Assembly (NCBI GenBank): GCA_051294375.1
Contig: JBJCIZ010001450.1
Coordinates: 1-10,124, forward strand
Direction: 5' to 3'
DNA length: 10,124 bases
DNA from: Paraspadella gotoi
Lineage: Eukaryota; Animalia; Chaetognatha
Within the stretch, counting starts at the first letter, position 1, and each line of letters begins with the position of its first letter. The notes beneath the pieces were generated by a model. The model was not told where the DNA came from and made no database searches. It saw nothing but the letters and a program-made list of their open reading frames with translations. This document shows, piece after piece, positions 1 through 8,271 of this stretch. The translations under genes and the position numbers were made by a program.

Positions 1-1762
1 TCGCTTTGGGCGCGCTCGTCACCAGAAGGAAGGGAATGAGTGCTGCAGTTTGGAGGAGAGGTATCGTCTGCCCATTCCTGCGCAAGGGTTCTCCGCCTAT
101 CTCGTTTTGAGTGAGATGTGGGAATGCATTGTGCGGACGTTGTGGTGGAGACGGGGCCTCCACCACGCTTTTGGATTAACGCGAATACATAGCTTGGAGG
201 GAGATGCATCGTCTCCATCACACGTTCAAAATGAGTGCTCGAGGCCTTTGATTAGATTGCCTCTTCTTAATACCCACTTGAGAACCAGCTTGGTGTCGAT
301 GGGAGCGAGCCGCAGACAGTCTGAATTCTCTGAATACAGTATGGCCAGTATTAGCCGTGGGGTTCGGCTATACATATAGGTAGTGGACCTCTAGCGTCAC
401 GATAGGGGTCCTTGTATGCTGCTGGAACAGCGGTCTGTTAGAGAGCTTCCTGTCTCGCGCCACGTAGTCGCTGCTTGTGCAGGCTTAGGTTGCCCACCCC
501 TGCTACAGCGGCCTGTCCAATAGACGGCTCCTGCTGATGTTTCGTTCTGGGGATTTTATCTTTGTGTTTCACCAATGCTCACTGCAGGAGAGTCCGCGGG
601 TACCGTCACTGAGGTGGCAGATCCCCTGCTTATGCTAGCACTCCGTCGCATCCAAATGACTCATGATCCCCCCTGGTTGCGTAGTGGGAGGGACAAGTGC
701 ACCCACGTTCTTTGGGCCATGCTTCTGCTTATCTATCGCAGAGTGCGCCTGGGTCGGGTGCGGTAGGACACTTCAGCAGCACAGCTCCCTTTCTGCCTCC
801 TGGGGGAATGGAGATAGAAATTGATCAGCGGTCTACTTGGGCAGCCCACCTAGGTGGCCCACTGCCCGACTCTTACCAGACAGCGGGCCTGGGTCTAAGC
901 CCTCTCGGGAAGGCCACAATGGGTAACCATTAGATTCGTCCAAGGGCTCTCTTTTGAACGTGCGTCAAGCTCGGTCGGCCGTGACCAGCCTCTGGGGAGT
1001 CGATCCAGAATCAATGCTAGCTCATCCTGCTAAGGAGATCTGACCGTGGCACTAAGTCTTGTGAGCAATAAGGGCGCAATGCAGAGAGTCAAAGGAAATG
1101 TATTGGTACTGTGCTGCGTCGGGTTTGCGATATACTGAATAAATTCCAATGAGCCGCCCTCTATTGCGCTGGTATACAGCAAATCGAGCATTGTGAATGA
1201 CCCATTCTCCCTTTCTCACATGTCCACTCTAATACTCACCATGACATCCCATTCAGTGATTCGAGGAGATTCCTCAATGAGTCTCGTCTCACGGCAAGAT
1301 GGTATCCGTCTGCTTTCCGATTACAGAGAGGATCTGTCTCTGCGCCCATGCCAAACGATCAAAGAGGACTAAGCTTCCTAGCCTCCATGAGTCCTCCCAT
1401 TATAAAATCTGTCCAGAGGACTTGATGTTCGACTGCCCATCCCTAAGCCACCAGCTGGGCGTTAGTAGTACTGTCCAATCGAATCCTCGAACGTAGCGCC
1501 AGTTCCCAGATCGAGCTTGTAACAGTGCCGATTGATGTCATTGCCAACTTGGTACTTGGCGTACGCTCGTGTATTCCGGTCTTATCCTCAGCGGCGTTCT
1601 GCTGATTGTAGACGTCCAATTCTCTGGAGGAATCATATTGTAAACATGCCTCTCTATTAATCTCTCTTTCATAACTGGCTTGTTGTCTAAACCAAATCAC
1701 ACAGATAACAGAAAGGATAAATAAAAAACAATGGTTAGATTATTTAGTACAAAATAATAAAA
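1..1762 (+). pseudogene. Heavily degenerate, frameshifted non-LTR retrotransposon (LINE-like) pol fragment, cut by the window start
   Basis: The block is visibly more GC-rich than the rest of the window. RT-like motif remnants occur in the expected order on + but in different frames: QGF (83-91), EAFD (241-252) followed by H..TSLVSMG, ISRGVR (RGVR 356-367) then GSGPL (379-393) resembling RGVRQGDPLSP, and A-P-A-D-V (527-541) where A(Y/F)ADD is expected. An A-rich end carries AATAAA (1720-1725, 1756-1761). All motifs are imperfect and no continuous ORF exists. Confidence 0.38.
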
Positions 1763-1769
1763 TCGACTT

Positions 1770-3010
1770 GTCGTTTTCCTGTCCGTGTTTCTGTCCTTCT
1801 TCCGTCCTCTTCTCGTTCCGTTTCCTCGTCTCGGACTTGTTCCGTCCCAGTTTCCATCTCCTACTTAGCAAAAACTCCAATCTACATCCATTGGATGTGA
1901 GGATGGATAATGGTATGCAAACTTATGTTGTTAGTGGGTTAGGAAATACTGTGTGATTGAGTATGGAATAGATTTCGTATGTGGAAAATCGTGCGAGTGG
2001 AAGTTTGGTTCTGAATGGAATAAATATCAAAAAATATATATCATATTGCGATCTTTGTCTAATCGCAGCATTAGTAATAGGGAGCAATTGACTGAAATTG
2101 TTGTTATGATGGTAGGACAGTGCCTATTGAGTTGAGCTGAGATTAAGTATTGACGTGAATCGTGCGACGTGTAGAGAATGGTATATGATTAAAATAGGAA
2201 ACAACAAAAGTCCATATCATTTTATCTTGGAGTATTTTTATCTTAACTTACTCATTAACTTATTATTTATTTAAGGAATTATTGGGATAGTAAACTTCGA
2301 ATAATTAAGTTCGATATGTGCTAGGTATACTTGATGTATGAGTAAGGACAAGTATAGTGATAAAGCTTGAATTATATAATTTTTTTGATAGGAAATCGTA
2401 GGGGTGAAGGAGTAGAAAGAAGACTCAAATTATAGAATAATTCTATTTAAATTGAATTTATTTTTATATTATTATTCTCCAGTAAGTCGCTACTCTATCA
2501 ATCATATCTTCCGGTCTTGATGCGTTACTTTGATGATTTTGCATATGATTGTAATTGCAAAATTATGCTCACAAATGTACGAAAACACTATGCCAGTATG
2601 CTATTTCTCAAATTCTTTAAATTGTACTCAAATTAATGACCAGTTGTGACCAAATCTGCAAGTATTGATAAAGCTTCTTGCAAGGTTGACAGCAAAATTA
2701 TCTGTAATACCAATAGATATACAGCATGTATGGTCAGTTGATCCAAACATTATTGCCAGTGGTGCATAACTATAGTCAAGTTGACCAGAATATGCCGGTT
2801 GACCAAATTATCTCTTAATTGATCAAATTAATGTCAGTTTGTATCAAATTATTGTCAGTTCAACCATATTTATGTCAGTTAGACTCAAATTATTCGTGCT
2901 CAGTTAAGCCAACTTATGTCCAGTGACTCCATAGATTATATCAATGTTGATAAATTATGCAAGTTGACCAAGTTAGCTTACTACCATCTAATATCCGACA
3001 GTTGATACCT
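1770..3010 (+). mobile_element. Degenerate copy A of the HINE/Helentron-like modular repeat
   Basis: It has a degraded GTCC-rich tract (~1780-1850), then CCTACTTAGCAAAAACTCCAAT, three long units (AATCGT anchors at ~1987, ~2158, ~2394) and a decayed 18-bp array. It is colinear with the reverse complement of 5683-6600. No intact 5' hairpin is visible. Confidence 0.75.
2545..3005 (+). repeat. Degenerate 18-bp minisatellite (GTTGACCAAATTATGCCA-like)
   Basis: Recurring GTTGACCA / AAATTAT / GTCAGTT words with many indels, e.g. GCCGGTTGACCAAATTAT near 2794-2811 and TTATGCAAGTTGACCAAG near 2955-2972. Confidence 0.85.
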
Positions 3011-3274
3011 TGGATACTTTTTATGTTGAGTAAGAAATAATGTGGTGATAGTGAAGAGGAAACAATGTTTCAGATGGAATCTTAATGAGTAGGACAATTG
3101 AGTTTTTAACATGGAAAAAATCAAAAAACCTGTTTCAACTAATTGATTAATGAGTCTTTTTCACCTTTTATATAAATGTATACTGCAGGATGTATCAATA
3201 ATAAATAATTAATCAGTCTTATTACCATCAAATTAGTCAATTAATTAATCTAATTAAGTTAATTACATCAGTCT

Positions 3275-3780
3275 AAATCAATCCGTCCATCCGTTCACCT
3301 ATAGCAACATAGCTCTAAAATACTCGTGATTGGGCTGGTTGGATTGGAATGAAATTTATGTCGTGTGGTTAGCCAACTAGGTGTGATGATAAAGCTGGAT
3401 ATAAGTTTCGACGGATATTGTGTGAGGTAGATAGAGTTAACTGACAAAATCAGGTTATTCGCCAATTATACTTAAAATCTTTTCACTTATTAATCAAATA
3501 AATAATTTTAATCTAATCTCATAATTTGGTCGTGTATCAAGATATGAGTTCAAATTTTGTGTGTAGGTTTATGGACATGGTGTTTGTGTGATGAAGCATG
3601 TATTATAAATCTTAGTGTTCGAGTGGGATCAATAGATTTTGAGATGAAATTGTGTAGCGGGAGTAAGTTTGTTGTAAGAAAGTAGATATATAATGTTTTC
3701 TGACCGGAATTTTGCTCTAGTGGAATAAGTTTTAAATAGGAAAAAAATGAGTAAGTCACATATACTGGTGTAATTTAAGG
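3275..3780 (+). mobile_element. Partial/variant copy B of the same repeat family
   Basis: TCCGTCCATCCGTTCACCTATAGCAA at ~3282-3307 matches the microsatellite/body junction of the other copies. The unit core AAGCTGGATATAAGTTTCGACGGA occurs at ~3392-3415, with further unit remnants at ~3550-3760. One more unit remnant lies at ~3020-3125. Confidence 0.7.
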
Positions 3781-4862
3781 GAACATCAAGATCGAATTGA
3801 TAATGCTGTATAATATAATTTTTTTATAAATTGCATTTATTATATATATTAAATTAATTAATTATTTAAATAATGTATATCAATTTTAATATTTATTAAT
3901 TATATTATATTAATTTCGTTCAGCGGCTGTTTCCGACATCTGCTGCTCAATATCTTTGTTTAATTAAAATACGTTATATATTAAAAATTGTTTATCTGCT
4001 CGTTTTTTTGCCTAATATATTTCTGATACCGTTACTCGATTGACGCCATTAATTTCTTCATTTTGCAATATTTGACGTCACTTTCGTGATTTTATTATTA
4101 CTTTAATCCGTTTTGAGATACTTGACCCCTATTTAAACCGCTGGTGTATCATAATTCATTTTCTAAAATATGGTTCTGATCATATTTGTGGAAAGTTATT
4201 ATTGTAAATAATTCTGATATCTAAGATTCTAGCGCACATTATCATTAACCTATTACTTTAACACATAAGTGTGGCAAGGTTCTCGGAGTCCCGCCACAGC
4301 GTGACGATAGGGGCGTGGATTCTTAGTTTGATGTTTTCAATCAGTCCTTAAGATCCATGATCCAGTTCCGAGCATGATCATCTCTTGAACATATGATTAC
4401 AAGGAAAAGGTGAACCTTCTTACTCATCAGCTAATAATTGTATTTATTACAATTAGATGATCGAGTAAAAACAAAGTTGTTTTAATAACATAGTAAAACA
4501 TGTTCATATCACATGAGATAAAAACCAGACTGAATTTCAATTCAGTAAACCAATTCATTAAGTAAACAATAGAATCAATACCAATGAGACATCTTCTGTT
4601 GAATGAGATCATTGGATTAACTTACACAAGTTGAGCAAATCAAATGAATCGGATATGCCTACGATAATTAATTAATTAATTAATTAATCATTAATCATTA
4701 TTAGTTAATTATTTTTAAATATGTAATACATTTAATTTTAAATTTATATTCATACTTATCATCATCGATGTCCTTAAATTTGGGTTTAGGACAGTTACTT
4801 ACTGTTTTGTTTCACATTTTATCAAAAACAAACAAATACTCCTCTATGTTACTATATATATG

Positions 4863-4896
4863 TCTCGCTCTCTCTCTCATTTCTCTCTCTCTCTCT
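4863..4896. repeat. Imperfect (CT)n microsatellite
   Basis: TCTCGCTCTCTCTCTCATTTCTCTCTCTCTCTCT is read directly. (TAAT)n runs lie nearby at ~4666-4690 and ~4965-4984. Confidence 0.85.
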
Positions 4897-5029
4897 TTTT
4901 ATACAATTGTACGATCTTGTATGCTCTTTTAGAGATTTTTTTAATTTGGCAATCATTTTTTCACATTAATTAATTAATTAATTAAAACATTTATTAGTAA
5001 TCATTAATATTAAAAGATTCAAGTATAAT

Positions 5030-5100
5030 AGCTGACTTATTGTTATATTTCATCTAAACTCATTCCCACTGCCACAATTCCGTCAAAACTTTTATAATTA
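5030..5100 (-). repeat. Isolated long-unit remnant of the modular repeat
   Basis: The reverse complement AAAAGTTTTGACGGAATTGTGGCAGTGGGAATGAGTTTAGATGAAA matches ATAAGTTTTGATGGAATCGTGCTAGTGGAAATGAGTTCAAATGGAA at ~8480-8525. Confidence 0.75.
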
Positions 5101-5682
5101 TTATATATAATAACATACAATTTAAATAGCTTCATGTGCAACAATCCAGAATGAACTAAATTATAATACAAGTTACATGAAATACGATTCTATGTAGTAT
5201 AAAGGAAAATAATAAATTTTCAATCCAGAGAACTAGAAGTTATTAAAAGTGTTCATTTTTGGCCCGCGCTTACTAGATATTTCGGCCTGCAACAGTGTTG
5301 AAAACTAGTAAGTTCTCTCTCTAAATAACATACATGGTTAATGCGACCTATTTAAATAATATGAAAATACAAATAATTTTAAAATTGAACTTATCAATTT
5401 TTTTTATAGTCTGGTAAGCCTTTAAATCATAGATAAAGGTTTATTAATTACAACTTTCTTAAATTGTTTGTTTATAATAGCACAAATTTAACAAAAATAA
5501 AATTCAGCCATTATAACTGATATGAATGATATAAGCTTTTTAAGGTCTTTTTTATTTTATAACCTTTATTGTCAAAATTTGAAAAACATATTATATACTC
5601 TTTCATTAACTCTATTAGCTCTCCAAGAAACCCGTTTTAAGACAAATACATTTTTAAATTGTTTTTTGTCATTTGTTATCTT

Positions 5683-5805
5683 TTGGTCAAATCAGGCATA
5701 ATCTTTGGTCAACTTGCAGACACTTAGAAACTCAACTTTGCAGAATTTGGTAGACTGGCATAATTTGGTCAACTTTAAGAAATTTGGGTCAACTGGCATA
5801 TTTTT
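5683..5805 (-). repeat. 18-bp minisatellite, reverse orientation
   Basis: Repeated TGGCATAATTTGGTCAAC-like units, e.g. 5756-5773. Confidence 0.85.
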
Positions 5806-5807
5806 GT

Positions 5808-5905
5808 TCAATCAATATCAATCAATCAATCAACCAACCAAACATCGAATCAATCAATCAATCAATCCAAATCAAATCATTCATCAATCAAATCCAATCA
5901 ATCAA
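5808..5905. repeat. Imperfect (TCAA)n/(TTGA)n microsatellite
   Basis: ATCAATCAATCAATCAACC... is read directly. Confidence 0.9.
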
Positions 5906-6473
5906 GAAGAGCATAGATGAGAGAAGAACTTAAAAAATCAAATAAATTGATGTACTTTTGGTTTTCATAAATTTTGAACCTCACTAATTTCCACTCTACG
6001 ATTCCATCAAACATAATTTATATCAACTTTATTCACATACTTTCCTACCACACACAAAATTCAATTTCAATTTATCTATCCAATTTTTAATAAACATAAT
6101 AATTATGAGTAAATTTAAGTAAAAATACTTTAAGTAAATATGACTTTTGTTTTTTCCATTTTAACTCATTTTCCACTCTCACGATTCCATCGAAACTTTA
6201 TATCCAGCTCATCAACACACTTTCCTACCATCATACAAAAATATTCAAGTTCAATTGCCCTATCCACTCATGAGCAAACTGGCGTTCAAAATAGTAAATT
6301 ATATTTTTCTTTGTTTTTATCCACTTAAACCGATATTTTCACTCGCACGCATTCCTCTCGATCTAACTTCATATCACATCTCCAATCACCACAGTTTCCC
6401 ACCCACACAACATAACATTTCAACGCCAATCATCCATCAATCACGCAGTAATTGGGAAGTTTTGCTATAGGTG

Positions 6474-6600
6474 GGACGGACGGACGACGGACGGACGGAC
6501 GGACGGTACGGACGTATCGGACGGACGGACGTCGACGGTACGGCACGGTCACGGACGGACGGACGCGACGGACGGCATCGGACGGCACGGACGGACGGAC
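6474..6600. repeat. (GGAC)n/(GTCC)n microsatellite, imperfect
   Basis: GGACGGACGGACGACGGACGGAC... is read directly over about 125 bp. Confidence 0.95.
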
Positions 6601-6825
6601 AATCGTTTTTTTTTTGCACTAATCTTAATCATACATTCCGATGTTCTGTGCACATGACTATGTAAGTAGTCTGCCGACAATATTGGAGGGGGCGGACCGA
6701 CGCGACCGGACAAAGTGAATTATAGAGTCGGGATCTGCTGATAAGCAGCCGACTAAAAACAAAATGTTCATTATCATATTAAGTTCTTTATCATGAGGTT
6801 TGTAGAAGCGGATCTTGCGGTCTTC

Positions 6826-6889
6826 TGGTGGCCCGAGATCGGGAATCTTGGTTCTCCAATGGTCGACTTCGGGTTCGATCCCCGAAGCC
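6826..6889 (+). pseudogene. tRNA-derived remnant (Pol III A-box/B-box-like)
   Basis: Perfect 7-bp stem CTTCGGG/CCCGAAG (6867-6873/6881-6887) closing a TTCGATC T-loop, with B-box GGTTCGATCCC. An A-box-like TGGCCCGAGATCGG starts at 6829, 45 nt before the TTC, which is tRNA-like spacing. I found no acceptor or anticodon stem. Confidence 0.35.
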
Positions 6890-7244
6890 TTCTCTATGAG
6901 ACCATATAAACTCTAGCCTTAATCTTTAACTAAAACAATTCACCTAATTCCAGCAGAAATTAGAGCAGAAAACTCTACTACAGCAATATCAAAGATAACT
7001 CCAAATGAAACTTCTCACAGCTGTAATATCAGTTCGGATCTTGGTATGAAAAAAAATATTCTTTTTCAGGAAGTACGGAAGTACAATATTTTTTATTATC
7101 AATTACGTAGGTCCCATTTGGCGGCGCTCAGGCTTCAAGGATTTTAAATCTTGGCAATTATTAATCAAAAACAAAACTTTAAATATCAATTTGACTTACC
7201 CAAGGTAAAAAGCTATCATTTATTCAATCAATTTAATTGTTTAC

Positions 7245-7393
7245 TTGGATATAGTCAACTACAAGCTTGTAACTTGGTCCCAGATTGTATTCAGTCAATG
7301 CGGGAGCTTGGAAGCCACCAAATTGTACCGCTACGAACTCAGTCGCTATCATAATTCCATTTAGGTGAACGATAACTGTTGAGTTACTAATTA
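7245..7393 (-). CDS. Possible isolated coding exon of unknown product
   Basis: Open, non-repetitive frame (ISNSTVIVHLNGIMIATEFVAVQFGGFQAPALTEYNLGPSYKLVVDYIQ) bounded on - by TTTTGTGACAG (acceptor-like) and CAA|GTAAAC (donor-like). It lies in the non-repeat interval between copies C and D. I do not recognise the family. Confidence 0.2.
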
Positions 7394-8026
7394 CTGTCAC
7401 AAAATAATTATCATTAACATTATCATTTTTCACAATGAAGAGACCGCGAGGAACACCTCCGTCTCTTCCTCAAAATTCTTCATCCTCTTCTTCAGCGACA
7501 AAATATCGATTATCAAGTCTTTGTCATTGAACAAGGAGGAGACATCAACAAAAAGTTTAACAAAGGTTTGTGGTCTTTTTATCATGTCATTATGATAAAT
7601 CCAATATAAAAATTATACATTCATTTAATAAATAAGTTATACTGGCGACTCCAGTTGACCAGTTGAAAGATACATTCACCAAAACTACTATGAAACCTCA
7701 GTCGTCGTCATCGTCGGCTGAGTTTTTCTTCTTTTTACATTGTAAAGTTTCTCTCATTCAAATTTCAAGCCAAGAACTAAAACCACATTTTTCTCTCTTT
7801 TTAATCGACATCCAAATATTGTTATCAACTACATTTTTATCCTTGTTAAATCTACTTCAAGTATTTCGTCCGTTTATTATTGTTTTGAATATTTGTAATA
7901 CTTTGTTGAAACCAGGGATGCTGGAGGCGCTGAATTTCGCCCGCCTCTACTCCCCACTTCCCCAGACCCCCCTCACCTCCGCTTTTGCGTTTGCCTCTTT
8001 AACGCCTCCGGCTTTTTGTTAAAAAA

Positions 8027-8251
8027 TTTTTTTATAGTTTTGTACAGTAGCATCCGTCTAGAATTTCTGAGAAGGCAAGCTCTGTAACTCGAGTACAAAT
8101 GATAATTGGAAAGCAAGTTTTTGTCTTGTTATCGAGTACTCATATGGCTACTCCCCGTTTGGTAAGCCATTGCACTACCTTGAGTGGGATTCGAATCCTA
8201 CCATTCCAATCCGCGTCAAAGTCTTAGTTTTTAACCACTCCGCCATCTCGT
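8027..8251 (-). mobile_element. Putative tRNA-derived SINE (tRNA-Leu-like head, ~140 bp body, short A tail)
   Basis: Minus-strand head 8251-8176: ACGAGATGGCGGAGTGGTTAAA...GTAGGATTCGAATCCCACTCAAGGTA. It has an A-box TGGCGGAGTGG (8235-8245) and a variant B-box (8187-8198), and both ends resemble eukaryotic tRNA-Leu (GATGGCCGAGTGGTTAAG ... TTCGAACCCCACTCCTGGTA). There is no proper cloverleaf. The body ends in ACAAAACTATAAAAAAA (T7 at 8027-8033 on +). Confidence 0.6.
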
Positions 8252-8271
8252 TATTTAAAAAAAAATTTTGA

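Larger units (their letters stand above)
3599..5170. repeat. Long degenerate inverted repeat (foldback) centred near 4270-4280
   Basis: Colinear reverse-complement anchors: AGTAAGT 3750-3756/4797-4803, AATTTAAGG 3772-3780/4772-4780, TCCGA 3932-3936/4649-4653, TGCTCAA 3944-3950/4631-4637, TTACTCGAT 4032-4040/4460-4468, TGATCAT 4177-4183/4374-4380, CTAAGA 4221-4226/4321-4326. TGTATTATAA 3599-3608/5161-5170 pairs after an extra ~200 bp in the right arm. Confidence 0.65.
5683..6759 (-). mobile_element. Copy C of the HINE/Helentron-like modular repeat (5' end intact, reverse orientation)
   Basis: On the minus strand: TTTTTAGTCGG-CTGCT-TATC-AGCAG-ATC-CCGACT hairpin (6726-6759), (GTCC)n (6474-6600), three long units (anchors 6348, 6182, 5999), (TTGA)n (~5808-5905) and 18-bp units (~5683-5805). 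A subterminal IR plus GTCY microsatellite plus internal tandem repeats is the established layout of DINE-1/HINE elements. Confidence 0.8.

Noticed and set aside
60-520. Minus-strand gag/protease reading (RCSRGGQP as zinc knuckle, PIDT as protease site)
   Set aside because: The Cys/His ligands and the DTG glycine are missing. The plus-strand RT reading has more motifs in the right order, though neither is proven.
4861-4900. PacBio SMRTbell adapter remnant explaining the palindrome
   Set aside because: Only a (CT)n run is present, without the CCTCCTCCTCCGTTGTTG core, and it lies about 600 bp off the symmetry axis.
5705-5920. Asn/Gln-rich ORF (and the 8927-9118 ORF)
   Set aside because: They derive from the 18-bp and (TCAA)n repeats; the second also crosses the N gap.
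6437-6665. Arg/Pro/Ser- and Gly/Arg/Thr/Asp-rich ORFs on both strands
   Set aside because: They are translations of the (GGAC)n microsatellite.
6830-6860. Inverted match to 9356-9395 (AGAACCAAGA...TCGGG)
   Set aside because: Only a 10-mer and a short gapped word match, which is too little to call homology by eye.
7697-7730. Rho-independent terminator
   Set aside because: The hairpin plus T-run is present, but nothing suggests a prokaryotic gene context.
7912-8012. hAT/MITE-like end (CAGGGATG... with GGAGGCG/CGCCTCC inverted pair) and ORF 7663-8022
   Set aside because: I found no matching second TIR or target-site duplication, and the ORF is low-complexity with no recognisable motif.
8176-8251. 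Functional tRNA-Leu gene
   Set aside because: The acceptor and anticodon stems do not pair and the B-box is altered, so I treat it as a SINE head or pseudogene.
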